Positions 33,306-43,787 of a DNA stretch of 64,000 nt are shown here, one piece after another. The stretch is from positions 5,762-69,761 of the forward strand of contig CAZSFZ010000009.1 in NCBI GenBank assembly GCA_964606385.1. Direction: 5' to 3'. This DNA is from an uncultured bacterium (GTDB lineage: Bacteria > Omnitrophota > Omnitrophia > Omnitrophales > Aquincolibacteriaceae). Position numbers and translations under genes: made by a program. Every line of letters begins with the position of its first letter. Position 1 is the first letter of the stretch. The notes under the pieces were generated by a model, which was not told where the DNA came from, made no database searches, and was given only the letters and a program-made list of their open reading frames with translations.

Positions 33306-34586
33306 ATGAAACAAAAGACTCTCAAAAACCGGGTTGTTTTTGAAGGTACGGGGCTCCATACCGGCCGTAAGGTGACGGTTTGCGTGCGCCCCGCCGCTGA
33401 GAACACCGGGATCCTTTTTTGCCGCGTCGATCTTGCCCCCGAGCTCAAGGTACGGGCCTCCATCGAGAACGTCTGTTCCGATGAAGCGCGCCAGACCGCG
33501 ATCAAGGTCGGCGAAGGCCGTGTCCGCACGATCGAGCACCTCATGGCCTCGTTCCACGGCCTGGGGGTCGATAACGCCCTGGTCGAGATCGACGGGGAAG
33601 AAGTCCCCGGGATGGACGGTAGCGCCCTCGAATTCACTAACGGCCTCATGACCGCCGGCCTCGAGGAGCAACATGCCGAGCGGCAGTTCCTGACGGTCCA
33701 GACGCCTGTCTATGTCGATCAGGGGGACCAATCGATCGTGATCCTGCCCGCGGAATCCTTCTCGGTCTCCTACATGCTCAATTACCGGGACGCGGACCTG
33801 CGGGACCAGTATCTGTCCCTGCCGATCCTTCCGGAGATCTTCGAGCGCGAGCTCGCGCCGGCCCGCACGTTCTGCCTCAAAAAAGAAGCCGAACTCCTTC
33901 TTTCGATGGGGTTCGGCAAAGGCGCGAATCCTTCCAACACGCTTATTTTTGAAAAGAACCAGCCGCTCCAGAATACGCTGCGGTTTGAGAACGAAGCCTG
34001 CCGCCACAAGATGATGGATATCCTGGGCGATCTTTTTCTGTGCGGCAAATTCATCCGTGGGCACGTGATCGCCTCCCGGAGCGGTCACGCCCTTAACGTC
34101 GAACTTGTGAGGAAATTAACGATGAGCACACCCGCCGAAACGAAACCCTTCTCCAAAACCCTGACCGTTGAAGATATCCAGAAGGTCATCCCGCACCGTT
34201 ATCCGTTCCTTTTTGTGGACCGGATCGAGAATTTTGAGCCGGGGACCCGGGCGACGGGTTTCAAGCAGGTCACCATGAATGATTATTTCTTCCAGGGGCA
34301 TTTCCCCGGACATCCCGTGATGCCGGGGGTCCTGATCGTGGAGGCCATGGCGCAGGTCGGCGGCGTGATCATGCTCGGAGAGCCCGAGAACCGCGGGAAG
34401 ATCGCTTATTTCATGAGCGTGGATCAGGTCAAGTGGCGCAGTCCCGTGCTTCCGGGAGACACGCTCCGGATGGAAGTTGAAGTCCTGAAGAAACGCGCGA
34501 AATTCGGCCAGTGTGCCGGCAAGGCTTATGTGGGAGATAAACTTGTATGCGAAGCGGATGTGAAGTTCGCCGTGGTGGATGCGTGA
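33306..34586 (+). CDS. lpxC/fabZ: Bifunctional UDP-3-O-acyl-GlcNAc deacetylase / beta-hydroxyacyl-ACP dehydratase (LpxC-FabZ fusion)
   Basis: N-terminal ~280 aa is LpxC ('GTGLHTGRKV', 'HLMASFHGLGVDN'). C-terminal ~145 aa is FabZ ('HRYPFLFVDRI', 'GHFPGHPVMPGVL'). Confidence 0.85.
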   Translation: MKQKTLKNRVVFEGTGLHTGRKVTVCVRPAAENTGILFCRVDLAPELKVRASIENVCSDEARQTAIKVGEGRVRTIEHLMASFHGLGVDNALVEIDGEEVPGMDGSALEFTNGLMTAGLEEQHAERQFLTVQTPVYVDQGDQSIVILPAESFSVSYMLNYRDADLRDQYLSLPILPEIFERELAPARTFCLKKEAELLLSMGFGKGANPSNTLIFEKNQPLQNTLRFENEACRHKMMDILGDLFLCGKFIRGHVIASRSGHALNVELVRKLTMSTPAETKPFSKTLTVEDIQKVIPHRYPFLFVDRIENFEPGTRATGFKQVTMNDYFFQGHFPGHPVMPGVLIVEAMAQVGGVIMLGEPENRGKIAYFMSVDQVKWRSPVLPGDTLRMEVEVLKKRAKFGQCAGKAYVGDKLVCEADVKFAVVDA

Positions 34587-35350
34587 TCCATCCGACGGCG
34601 ATCGTCCACCCGGACGCCGTTCTTGGTGAAGGCGTTGAGATCGGCCCCTGGTCGATCATTGAGGGGACGGTCAAGATCGGAGCGAGGACCAAGGTCGGTC
34701 CCCGCGTCACGATCGAAGGCCATACCACGATCGGGGAAGATAACGTCATCTTCACGGGTGCCATCGTCGGCAGTCTGACCCAGGACAAAAAAGCCGATGG
34801 GGGCGTGAGCTACCTCCGGATCGGCGACCGCAACACGATCCGCGAATACGCGACCCTGAACCCCGGCACGCTGAACGGCACCGAGACCGTGATCGGGAAC
34901 GATAACCTCCTGATGGCGTACGCGCATGTCGCGCATGACTGCATCATCCATAACGGGGCAACGCTTGCCAATAACGCGACGCTTGCGGGCCATGTGATCG
35001 TGGAGGACAAGGCGATCATCGGAGGCCTTTCCGCGGTCCATCAGTTCGTGCGGATCGGGAGCCTTTCGATCACGGGAGGCTGTTCCAAAGTCGTGCAGGA
35101 CATCCCTCCTTATATGATGGTGGACGGTCATCCGGCTACGGCGTTCGGGATCAATTCCGTCGGCCTGGACCGGGCGGGGTTCTCCAAAGAAGAAAAATCC
35201 GCCATCAAAAAAGCTTTCAAGATCATCTTCCGGTCCGGTCTGATCCTGAAGAACGTCATCAAACAGATCCAGCAAGACATTCCCCTCACTCCTTCCATCC
35301 AAACGATCCTGACATTCCTGGAAAAGTCCGAACGGGGCATTTGCGGCTAG
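34583..35350 (+). CDS. lpxA: Acyl-ACP--UDP-GlcNAc O-acyltransferase
   Basis: GTG start overlaps the fabZ stop (GTGA). 'IHPTAIVHPDAVLGEGVEIGP' hexapeptide repeats. Confidence 0.85.
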   Translation: MIHPTAIVHPDAVLGEGVEIGPWSIIEGTVKIGARTKVGPRVTIEGHTTIGEDNVIFTGAIVGSLTQDKKADGGVSYLRIGDRNTIREYATLNPGTLNGTETVIGNDNLLMAYAHVAHDCIIHNGATLANNATLAGHVIVEDKAIIGGLSAVHQFVRIGSLSITGGCSKVVQDIPPYMMVDGHPATAFGINSVGLDRAGFSKEEKSAIKKAFKIIFRSGLILKNVIKQIQQDIPLTPSIQTILTFLEKSERGICG

Positions 35351-35451
35351 GGCTTGCCCCGCGCCCGCGTGCCGCGGGACTGTTTCCGGCCGTCTAGCGC
35401 AAGGGATGAAGACGGTGCCCCTTTCTGGTATAATCCTGGCGAGGTGACTTT

Positions 35452-36267
35452 ATGAAGACCATGGGCATTATCGCGGGGAACGGCCGTTTTCCCATCCTGG
35501 TGGCCGAAGAGGCCAAAAAGACCGGGTACCGGGTCGTGACCTGCGGCATCGAGCAGGAAGCGGAACCCGTTCTGGAAAAGCTCTCGGACGCTTTTCTTTG
35601 GGTCAAGGTCGGCGAACTCAAGAAACTTTCAAAATTCCTGAAAGAGGAGGGCGCGCACGAGGCCATCATGGCCGGGAAGATCGAGAAGGTCCGTTTCTTT
35701 AAAGAGAACGTGCGGCTGGACCTCGACATGATGTCGGTCCTTGTGAAGCTGAAGGACCACAAGGACGACTCGCTCCTGGGCGGTATCGCGGACTATCTTT
35801 TCAAGAAGGGGATCGTCCTGCAGGACTCCACCTGTTTATTGAAAGACATGATGCCGGGGCCGGGGCTTCTCGGGAAACGGAAACCCTCCAAGGCCGTTAT
35901 GGATAATATCGATTTTGGTTTCGAAATGGCGCAGAAGGTCGCGGGCGCCGATATCGGGCAGACCGTGGTCGTGAAGAAAAAGGCAGTGCTCGCGGTCGAA
36001 GCGATCGAAGGGACCGACGAGGCCATCCGCCGCGGCGCGGCCCTCGGGAACGGCAAGATCGTGGTCGTGAAGATCGCCAAGCCGAACCAGGACATGCGCT
36101 TCGATGTGCCCGCGGTGGGGCTCAAGACCCTGGAAGGCCTCATCGCCGCCAAAGCCGAGGCCTTCGCCTTTGAGGCCCATAAGACCCTTTTCATCGGAAA
36201 GGATATTTTTGTCGAGAAGGCCAACCGAGCCGGCATCGTTCTCTACGGAGTCAGCGATCGCCCCTGA
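35452..36267 (+). CDS. lpxI: UDP-2,3-diacylglucosamine hydrolase LpxI (DUF1009)
   Basis: 271 aa. '[11 protein letters not shown]' start typical of LpxI. TATAAT -10 element upstream. Confidence 0.7.
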   Translation: MKTMGIIAGNGRFPILVAEEAKKTGYRVVTCGIEQEAEPVLEKLSDAFLWVKVGELKKLSKFLKEEGAHEAIMAGKIEKVRFFKENVRLDLDMMSVLVKLKDHKDDSLLGGIADYLFKKGIVLQDSTCLLKDMMPGPGLLGKRKPSKAVMDNIDFGFEMAQKVAGADIGQTVVVKKKAVLAVEAIEGTDEAIRRGAALGNGKIVVVKIAKPNQDMRFDVPAVGLKTLEGLIAAKAEAFAFEAHKTLFIGKDIFVEKANRAGIVLYGVSDRP

Positions 36268-36278
36268 TCCCCGGACCT

Positions 36279-37862
36279 ATGAGCACCGAAAGATCAAAAC
36301 CCACCACAGGTCTTAAACGCGAGATCCAGGAACTCAGCGTCCTCTATGAGATTACGCGCCACATGACGGCGCCGTTCCCGATCGAGGAGAGGATGAGGAA
36401 AGCGCTCGACGTGCTCCATGAGAAGATGGACATGCACCGCGGCACCTTGACGCTTTTGGATCCCGACGGCGAGAGTCTGACGATCGAGATCGCCCACGGC
36501 CTTGATGATCAGGCCAAAAAAAAAGGGCGCTACAAGATCGGCGAGGGCATCACTGGGAAAGTCGTGGAAGCGGGGGAGCCGATCGCGGTACCGAACATCG
36601 GGGAAGAGCCGCTTTTCCTTAACCGGACCGGCGCGCGCAAGGACCTCCGGCGCAACCGGGTCGCTTTCATCTGCGTTCCCGTGAAAATCGACCAGGAGAC
36701 CATCGGCGCGCTCAGCGTGGACCGCCTTTTTGAAGGGGACGTTTCTTTGGAGGAGGACCTGAGGCTCCTCACCATCATCAGTTCGATCCTCGCGCAGACC
36801 GTCGCGAGTTACCGCCTTCGTGAAAAAGAGAAAGCGAAACTCCAGTTCGAGAATGTGGAGCTGAAGCGCGAACTCGCCAAAAAATTCCATCCGGCCAACA
36901 TCATCGGCAAGAGCAAGCGCATGGAAGAGGTCTACGAGGCGATCGACACCGTCAGCCGCACCCGTTCGACCGTGCTTTTGCGGGGCGAGACGGGGACCGG
37001 CAAGGAACTGGTGGCGCACGCAATCCACTATAATAGTCACCGGGCGAAAGGCCCGTTCATCAAAGTCTCCTGCGCCGCTTTGCCGGAAACGCTTCTTGAG
37101 AGCGAGCTTTTCGGGTACGAAAAGGGGGCGTTCACGGGGGCCGCGGCCAGAAAACTCGGGCGTTTTGAGATGGCCGACGGCGGCACGCTTTTCCTCGATG
37201 AGATCGGGGATATTTCCGCTTCGACCCAGATCAAGCTTCTGCGCGCGCTCCAGGAGCGTGAATTCGAACGGGTGGGCGGGACGGAGACGATCCGCATCGA
37301 CGTGCGCGTGATCGCGGCCACGAACCGGGACCTTGAAAAGGCGATCCAGGAAAAACAATTCCGGGAAGATCTCTATTACCGTCTGAACGTCGTGCCGATC
37401 CTTTTGCCGTCTCTGCGGGAAAGGCGGGAAGACATTCCTCTTTTGGTCTCTCATTTCCTCAAAAAAGCCGGGCTCGAGAACGGCAAGAAAGTAAAGTATG
37501 TCTCCGACGCGGCCATGGAATACCTGATGAACTACAACTGGCCGGGGAATATCCGCGAGCTTGAGAACGCCGTGGAGCGGGCCGTGATCCATTGCAAGAC
37601 GGACACGCTCGAGGCCGATCTTTTCCCGATCCCGGGGCCCAAAGGGCATCCGGTCACGATCCAGCTCCAGGGGGCGCAGACCTTCCAAGGCATGCCTGAA
37701 GAGATCTCCGGAGACCTTCCAAGCGCGGTCGAAGAGCTTGAAAAGAAAATGATCCGGGAGGCTTTTCAGCGGACAGGCGGGAACCAGCGCAAAGCGGCCA
37801 GGATCCTCGGGGTGACCGAACGAATCCTCGGCTATAAGGCCAAGCTCTACAAACTTAAATAA
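36279..37862 (+). CDS. GAF-domain sigma-54-dependent transcriptional activator (NifA-like enhancer-binding protein)
   Basis: N-terminal GAF domain. AAA+ domain with 'GESGTGKE'-type Walker A ('[11 protein letters not shown]') and 'GAFTGA' motif. C-terminal Fis-type HTH. Confidence 0.85.
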   Translation: MSTERSKPTTGLKREIQELSVLYEITRHMTAPFPIEERMRKALDVLHEKMDMHRGTLTLLDPDGESLTIEIAHGLDDQAKKKGRYKIGEGITGKVVEAGEPIAVPNIGEEPLFLNRTGARKDLRRNRVAFICVPVKIDQETIGALSVDRLFEGDVSLEEDLRLLTIISSILAQTVASYRLREKEKAKLQFENVELKRELAKKFHPANIIGKSKRMEEVYEAIDTVSRTRSTVLLRGETGTGKELVAHAIHYNSHRAKGPFIKVSCAALPETLLESELFGYEKGAFTGAAARKLGRFEMADGGTLFLDEIGDISASTQIKLLRALQEREFERVGGTETIRIDVRVIAATNRDLEKAIQEKQFREDLYYRLNVVPILLPSLRERREDIPLLVSHFLKKAGLENGKKVKYVSDAAMEYLMNYNWPGNIRELENAVERAVIHCKTDTLEADLFPIPGPKGHPVTIQLQGAQTFQGMPEEISGDLPSAVEELEKKMIREAFQRTGGNQRKAARILGVTERILGYKAKLYKLK

Positions 37863-37913
37863 GTCTACAATTTTGTAGACTTTAATTACCTTCTTGTATA
37901 CAAATTTGTATAC
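37863..37913. promoter_or_regulatory. Two palindromic upstream activator sequences (candidate EBP binding sites)
   Basis: GTCTACAATTTTGTAGAC (perfect 8-2-8) and TTGTATACAA-ATTTGTATAC, 50-100 bp upstream of the sigma-54 promoter. Confidence 0.4.
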
Positions 37914-37963
37914 TCGAGACACCTGTCAGCGTATAATCCCTCAGTAACCTTTAATTTTCGAGT

Positions 37964-37979
37964 TGGCACGGAACTTGCA
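37964..37979 (+). promoter_or_regulatory. Sigma-54 (-24/-12) promoter of glnN
   Basis: TGGCAC-ggaac-TTGCA, an exact match to TGGCAC-N5-TTGCW, ~30 nt before the ATG. Confidence 0.65.
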
Positions 37980-38009
37980 TTTTCTATGTAAAACAAAGGG
38001 GAGGTTCGT

Positions 38010-40124
38010 ATGCACAAGCAGATCGATGTTACGGAAATCTTTGGAAGTAATGTTTTTAATGACCGGGTGATGAAGGAAAGGCTCCCGAAGGATACCTATA
38101 AAGCCCTGAAGAAAACGATCCAGGAAGGATTGCCGCTTTCTTTAGAGGTCGCTAATGTGGTCGCGAGCGCCATGAAGGACTGGGCGATCGAGAAGGGCGC
38201 GACGCATTACACGCACTGGTTCCAGCCTTTGACCGGCCGGACTGCGGAAAAACATGATTCTTTTATCGCGCCGACCGAAGACGGAAGCGTCATTATGGAG
38301 TTCTCCGGGAAGCAGTTGACTCAGGGGGAGCCGGACGCGTCCTCCTTCCCGAGCGGCGGCCTGCGTTCCACGTTCGAAGCGCGCGGCTATACGGCCTGGG
38401 ATTGTACTTCGCCGGCATTTCTCAAAACGGATGCCTCGAGTAACGTGACGCTTTGTATCCCGACGGCCTTCTGCTCCTATACGAGCGAAGCCCTGGATAA
38501 GAAGACGCCGCTTCTCCGTTCTATGGAAGCCGTCTCAAAACAGGCGGTCCGCGTGCTGAGGGCCTTGGGTAACAAGACCGTGAAACGGGTGACCTCCACC
38601 GTGGGGCCCGAACAGGAATACTTTCTGATCGACAAATCGTGCTACGAGAAGCGTCTCGACCTCATCGTTTCCGGTCGGGCCCTTTTTGGTGCGCCGGCTC
38701 CCAAAGGACAGGAGTTGGAGGACCAATATTTTGGCGCGATCAAGGACCGTATTGCTGATTTCATGCGGGACCTTGATATCGAGCTTTGGAAGATGGGGAT
38801 CTCATCCAAAACGAAACACAACGAAGTGGCTCCCGCGCAGTATGAAATGGCGCCGATCTTTTCGACGACCAACATCGCGGCGGACCATAACCAGCTGGTG
38901 ATGGAGACCATGCAGAAAGTGGCGCTGCGCCACAATCTCGTGTGCCTGCTCCATGAAAAACCGTTCGCGGGAGTGAACGGTTCCGGCAAGCATAACAACT
39001 GGTCGCTTTCGACCGACGACGGGCAGAACCTGCTCGAGCCGGGGAGAACGCCCTCCGAGAACGAGCAGTTCCTGATCTTCGTGAGCGCGATGATCATGGC
39101 GGTGGACCGCCACGCGGCGAAACTGCGCGCGAGCTGCGGCAATCCCGGGAACGACCTCCGCCTCGGCGCGAACGAAGCGCCGCCGGCCATCATCTCGATC
39201 TTCATGGGGGATGAGTTCACGGAGATCCTGCAGGGGATCGCGAGCGGCAAGAAGGTCGCGAGCCGCGGCCAGCATTTCCTCCAGATCGGCGTGGATTCGC
39301 TGCCGCAGCTTCCGAAGGACAACACGGACCGGAACCGGACCTCACCGTTCGCGTTTACCGGCAACAAGTTCGAATTCCGCATGGTCGGGTCCTCGGCGTC
39401 CATTTCGGGGCCTAACATCGTGATCAACGTGATCGCGGCGGAAGCCCTGGATGAGATCGCGACGCGTCTCGAAAAGGCCGGGAAGGCCAACCTGCACAAG
39501 GAAGCGCAGGCGATCGTGCGCGACGCGATGAAAAAGCACGGCCGGGTTATTTTTAACGGCAATAACTATTCCGACGAGTGGGTCGCTGAAGCCAAGAAAC
39601 GCGGCCTGCCGAACGTCAGGACGGGCGTTGAAGCGCTCGCCTCGATGGCGTCTCCGGAAGCGGTCAAGCTTTTCGAAAAGTACAAAGTGCTTTCCAAGGA
39701 AGAACTGCACGCCCGCTACGAGATCTACCTCGAGATCTACGTCAAGCACGTGAATATCGAGGCTCAGGCGGCGGTCCAGATGGTGAAGCGGCAGTACCTC
39801 CCCGCGGTGATCAAGTTCACGAAAGACCTCGCCAAGACCGTCTCGGAGCTCAAAGCGGCCGGGGCGCCTTTCAAGGTCCAGAAGGAACTCCTCACGAAGG
39901 TCAGCGCCCTTTTGGAATCGGCGAATGAAAAGCTGGAAGTTCTCGAGTCTTCCATCGAGAAGGCGCACGCCGTGGCGGATATCGCCAAGCGCGCCGAAGC
40001 GTTTCGCGATAAAGTATTCGTCGCCATGAGCGCTTTGCGTAAGGACATCGACGCGTTGGAAGGCCTTGTCTCGGCGAATCTCTGGCCGGTCCCGACCTAC
40101 GCCGAAATGCTCTTCAAGCTTTAA
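38010..40124 (+). CDS. glnN: Glutamine synthetase type III
   Basis: 704 aa. '[35 protein letters not shown]' matches the GSIII N-terminus. Confidence 0.85.
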   Translation: MHKQIDVTEIFGSNVFNDRVMKERLPKDTYKALKKTIQEGLPLSLEVANVVASAMKDWAIEKGATHYTHWFQPLTGRTAEKHDSFIAPTEDGSVIMEFSGKQLTQGEPDASSFPSGGLRSTFEARGYTAWDCTSPAFLKTDASSNVTLCIPTAFCSYTSEALDKKTPLLRSMEAVSKQAVRVLRALGNKTVKRVTSTVGPEQEYFLIDKSCYEKRLDLIVSGRALFGAPAPKGQELEDQYFGAIKDRIADFMRDLDIELWKMGISSKTKHNEVAPAQYEMAPIFSTTNIAADHNQLVMETMQKVALRHNLVCLLHEKPFAGVNGSGKHNNWSLSTDDGQNLLEPGRTPSENEQFLIFVSAMIMAVDRHAAKLRASCGNPGNDLRLGANEAPPAIISIFMGDEFTEILQGIASGKKVASRGQHFLQIGVDSLPQLPKDNTDRNRTSPFAFTGNKFEFRMVGSSASISGPNIVINVIAAEALDEIATRLEKAGKANLHKEAQAIVRDAMKKHGRVIFNGNNYSDEWVAEAKKRGLPNVRTGVEALASMASPEAVKLFEKYKVLSKEELHARYEIYLEIYVKHVNIEAQAAVQMVKRQYLPAVIKFTKDLAKTVSELKAAGAPFKVQKELLTKVSALLESANEKLEVLESSIEKAHAVADIAKRAEAFRDKVFVAMSALRKDIDALEGLVSANLWPVPTYAEMLFKL

Positions 40125-40263
40125 GGCGCGATTTATAGCGCACTTATCCTGAGCAAGCCCGAAGGGCGCGTCGAAGGATATACTTCGACTCCTTCGCCAA
40201 AGGCTTAGTCGCTCAGGATGATTAGGATTGGCAATGGCCAATCCTAAACAATCAGGGCAAGGC

Positions 40264-40305
40264 AGGCGGGTTCTCTCATCTCCTGGGAGACCCGCCTTTT
40301 TATTT
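40264..40305 (+). terminator. Rho-independent terminator downstream of glnN
   Basis: ggcgggttctc / gagacccgcc stem with a T-run (ttttatttttc). Confidence 0.5.
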
Positions 40306-40375
40306 TTCAGGCAGCGAAGTTCCCCCGCAATTCCCCACAAAATATTTTTAATTAATTTTTTCATTCCTTTGAAGT

Positions 40376-40391
40376 TGGCACGCGTCTTGCA
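40376..40391 (+). promoter_or_regulatory. Sigma-54 (-24/-12) promoter of amtB-glnK
   Basis: TGGCAC-gcgtc-TTGCA, ~95 nt upstream of the amtB ATG. Confidence 0.6.
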
Positions 40392-40488
40392 CATCCCATG
40401 GGTGTAGAACAAAACAGTGTTTGATAAGTTTCGTGATGACAAAAGTGTCGGACAAATTTGTAAGTGGATCAAAAAGGAGGATCGCACA

Positions 40489-41817
40489 ATGAGAAAAGCA
40501 ACAAAGTGGTTTTTGGGAAGCGCGGGGTTTTTAATGCTCATGGGGATCTCGGGGTTGGCGCTGGCCGCGGACGCGGCCGCTCCGGTCATTAATGCCGGGG
40601 ATACGGCCTGGGTCCTTATTTCGGCGGGGCTGGTCTTTTTAATGACGCCGGGGCTTGCGTTCTTTTATGGAGGCCTGGTCCGTAAAAAGAACATGCTCTC
40701 GATCCTCATGCAATGTTTCATGCTGATGTGCATCATGACGCTTCAATGGGTCGTGATCGGGTACAGCCTTTCGTTCGGTCCGGACATCAAGGGGATGATC
40801 GGGAGTCTGAGCTGGGCGGGCCTCCACGGCGTAGGTCTGGAGCCTTTCGCGGATTATTCGGCGACGATCCCGCATCAGGCGTTCATGATCTTTCAGGCGA
40901 TGTTCGCCATCATCACGCCGGGCCTCATCCTGGGAGCTTTCGCGGAGCGCATGAAATTCTCGGCGTTCGTGGTCTTCTCGCTCCTTTGGGCTACGCTGGT
41001 CTATGATCCGGTCTGCCATTGGGTGTGGGCTGTGGGCGGTTTTCTCCGTAACTCGGGTGCGTTGGACTTCGCGGGCGGCACGGTGGTGCATATCAATGCC
41101 GGTATCGCGGCGCTCGTTTGCGCGATCGTCCTGGGAAAAAGGAAAGGGTATCCCAAGCACATGTCGCCCCCGCACAATCTTCCTTTTGCTGTGCTCGGGG
41201 CCGGGCTTCTCTGGTTCGGATGGTTCGGGTTTAACGGCGGGAGCGCCCTTGCGGCTAACGGCCTTGGCGTGAGCGCTTTTGTGGTGACGCATATCGCCGC
41301 GGCGGCGGCCGGACTGACCTGGTCGCTCATTGAATGGAAGATCAACTCCAAACCGACGATGCTCGGGATGATCACGGGCGCGGTGGGTGGCTTGGTCGCG
41401 ATCACGCCGGCGGCGGGATTCGTGGGGCCCATCGACGCGATATGGATCGGCGTCGGGGTTTCCGTGATCTGCTATTTCTTTGTGGCGATCGTAAAGAACA
41501 AATTCGGCTATGACGATTCGCTGGACGCGTTCGGCGTGCACGGGATCGGCGGCATCTGGGGCGCGCTGGCGACGGGTCTCTGGGCCTCCAAGGCGGTGAA
41601 TCCGGCCGGCAATGACGGCCTCTTTTACGGCAATCCGGGGCTTCTCTGGATCCAGCTGAAGGCCGTGATCGTTACGATCGTTTATTCGTTCATCGTTTCT
41701 TTCGTGCTTCTCAAGATCGTCGACGCCTTGATGGGGCTTCGCGTGACCGAGGATGAAGAGCGCATCGGGCTTGACCTGACGCAGCACCGCGAGTCCGCTT
41801 ACACCATCATTGACTAA
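40489..41817 (+). CDS. amtB: Ammonium transporter
   Basis: Signal peptide plus 11 TM. AAGGAGG RBS before the ATG at 40489. The ORF-track GTG extension at 40417 is rejected. Confidence 0.85.
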   Translation: MRKATKWFLGSAGFLMLMGISGLALAADAAAPVINAGDTAWVLISAGLVFLMTPGLAFFYGGLVRKKNMLSILMQCFMLMCIMTLQWVVIGYSLSFGPDIKGMIGSLSWAGLHGVGLEPFADYSATIPHQAFMIFQAMFAIITPGLILGAFAERMKFSAFVVFSLLWATLVYDPVCHWVWAVGGFLRNSGALDFAGGTVVHINAGIAALVCAIVLGKRKGYPKHMSPPHNLPFAVLGAGLLWFGWFGFNGGSALAANGLGVSAFVVTHIAAAAAGLTWSLIEWKINSKPTMLGMITGAVGGLVAITPAAGFVGPIDAIWIGVGVSVICYFFVAIVKNKFGYDDSLDAFGVHGIGGIWGALATGLWASKAVNPAGNDGLFYGNPGLLWIQLKAVIVTIVYSFIVSFVLLKIVDALMGLRVTEDEERIGLDLTQHRESAYTIID

Positions 41818-41839
41818 TAAAACTCAAAGGAGGTAGGTC

Positions 41840-42181
41840 ATGAAATACGTTATCGCAGTGATCCAGCCGGACCGGGTGGATGAGGTCCTCCGGATCCTTG
41901 AAGAAAAAGAGATCCATCTCGTGACGGTCACGAACGTGATGGGCCGCGGGCGGCAGAAGGGGATCTCGGAGGTCTACCGCGGGCATAAGGAGGCGGGACG
42001 GCTTCTCCGGAAGGTGAAGCTCGAGATCGCCGTGAACGAAGCGTTCGTGAAAGCGACCGTCGACGCGATCAAGGAAGGCGCCCGGACCGGCCATGTCGGA
42101 GACGGGAAGATCTTCGTGGTCGATCTTAAAGAATGTTATCGCATCCGTACCGGTGAGATCGGCGAAGTGGCGATCGGATGA
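41840..42181 (+). CDS. glnK: Nitrogen regulatory protein P-II
   Basis: T-loop 'GRGRQKGISEVYRGHKEAG' with Tyr51 (Y in VYRG). 'GDGKIFV'. Confidence 0.85.
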   Translation: MKYVIAVIQPDRVDEVLRILEEKEIHLVTVTNVMGRGRQKGISEVYRGHKEAGRLLRKVKLEIAVNEAFVKATVDAIKEGARTGHVGDGKIFVVDLKECYRIRTGEIGEVAIG

Positions 42182-42221
42182 TCGCCCTTTACCGGAAAAT
42201 CAAGCGACAAAGGAGAAAAAC

Positions 42222-43562
42222 ATGGACAGGATCTTGAGGAACGTTTGGATTTTAAGCCTGATCGGAATGTGTCTGACGCCGGGAGCGGCTTTTGCGGCAG
42301 ACGATAGCGGGGAAGTGGCGGCGCTCAAGGCGCAGATCGACGCGCTGAGCCGCAAGCTCGAGGCCATGGACAGCAAAATGATGACCATGGAAAAGCCGGC
42401 GCCGGGAGCCCAGACGACTTATATTCCTCCCGCCGAGGAGTCCAAGGGGGGATTTCTCCGTACCGCCATGTCGGACATCCAAATGGGCGGTTATGTGGAA
42501 GCCCAGTTCAACAATAAGGTCGATCAACCCCAGCAGAACGGGAACGTGGGCCGTTCGCTGAGCGATAAATCCGCGGATACTTTCTCCCTGCCGGGAGCCA
42601 AGCTCTGGTTCGAGAAGCTCGCGAATCCCGAAGGCGGCGCCGGGTTCCGCATCGACATGATGATGGGAAGCGACACACGCTATTTCTTCAACAATTTCCA
42701 GAACGATAATCTGGGGACTTCGAATGGCGGAAGCAGCGGAAACACCGCTTTCGCGTTCGAACAAGCCTATGTGCAACTTGTCGCCCCGCTGGGTTTCTGG
42801 TCCAGCAGCGAGGTTCTCCCGCACACTATGGACATCAAGGCGGGCCGTATGACCACGCTTGCGGGGAATGAAGTGATCGAGGGGCCGTTCAACTGGAACA
42901 TCAGCCGTTCGGCGTCCTTCGGTTACGCGCTTCCGTTCACGCATACCGGCGTGCGGGCGAGCTACGCGCTTTTCAATAACTACCTGACCATGTATCACGG
43001 TATCAATAACGGTTGGGACAACGATATCGACAACAATTCGTACAAGACCTTCGAAAACGCGTTCAGCTTCAGTCCGTTCAAGAACACCAAATGGACCACG
43101 GCGACCTATTTCGGGCCCGAGAACAACAACGCGAGTGGCGGAAAGCGTTTTCTTGTCACGAACGTCGCCAGTTGGGACGCCACTTCGAAGCTCTCGTTCG
43201 TCGGGGAATTCGATATGGGCAACCAGCCCCGCGTGGATATCGCCATGGACGACAATTTCCACACGGCGCAGTGGTTCGACTACGCGGCGTATGCCAAGTA
43301 CAAATTCACGGACAAATGGGCCGCGGCGTACCGTTTCGAATACTTCGATGACAGCCAACGTTACCGCAATTGGACGGGGGCCGGCACGGCCGGAGCCCAG
43401 AGGGATCTGGCGAATACCCTGACGCTTGAGTACAAGCCGTGGGAGAACGTGATCGCCCGGGCGGAGTATCGGATCGATTACGCGCACGCCGGCGACGGGA
43501 ACGTTTTCGGCGGCAAAAATCAGCAGAATACTTTTGGAGCTCAGCTCAGCTACCTTTTTTAA
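42222..43562 (+). CDS. Outer-membrane porin-like protein with an N-terminal coiled coil
   Basis: Signal peptide. 'AALKAQIDALSRKLEAM' coiled coil. Alternating amphipathic beta strands. C-terminal '...AQLSYLF' aromatic end. Confidence 0.5.
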   Translation: MDRILRNVWILSLIGMCLTPGAAFAADDSGEVAALKAQIDALSRKLEAMDSKMMTMEKPAPGAQTTYIPPAEESKGGFLRTAMSDIQMGGYVEAQFNNKVDQPQQNGNVGRSLSDKSADTFSLPGAKLWFEKLANPEGGAGFRIDMMMGSDTRYFFNNFQNDNLGTSNGGSSGNTAFAFEQAYVQLVAPLGFWSSSEVLPHTMDIKAGRMTTLAGNEVIEGPFNWNISRSASFGYALPFTHTGVRASYALFNNYLTMYHGINNGWDNDIDNNSYKTFENAFSFSPFKNTKWTTATYFGPENNNASGGKRFLVTNVASWDATSKLSFVGEFDMGNQPRVDIAMDDNFHTAQWFDYAAYAKYKFTDKWAAAYRFEYFDDSQRYRNWTGAGTAGAQRDLANTLTLEYKPWENVIARAEYRIDYAHAGDGNVFGGKNQQNTFGAQLSYLF

Positions 43563-43657
43563 GACGGGTATCTCTGAGAGGCCGGGAGGCGTTAAGTGCC
43601 CGGTCTCTCAGGAGTTACGTATCTCCATCCCGGCCCAGATCGCCTCCCCTGGTGATT

Positions 43658-43713
43658 GCCCCGGCCCCTCCCTTATCGTTAAGGGAAGCCGGGGCGGGGC
43701 CGGGACTTTTTTT
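43658..43713 (+). terminator. Imperfect GC-rich hairpin plus T-run after the porin gene
   Basis: gccccggcccctccctt...aagggaagccggggcggggc, then ttttttt. Confidence 0.4.
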
Positions 43714-43787
43714 CAATTTCGGAGCTCCGGGGGCCTTCCGATCGTGCATATCCATTGCTGGACAGTTCTCAAAAGGTGAAGTATTCT

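Noticed and set aside
40125-40260. Glutamine riboswitch (glnA RNA motif) between glnN and amtB
   Set aside because: The region is downstream of glnN rather than in a 5' UTR, and I could not match the motif's conserved E-loop or pseudoknot sequences. Kept only as a generic structured region.
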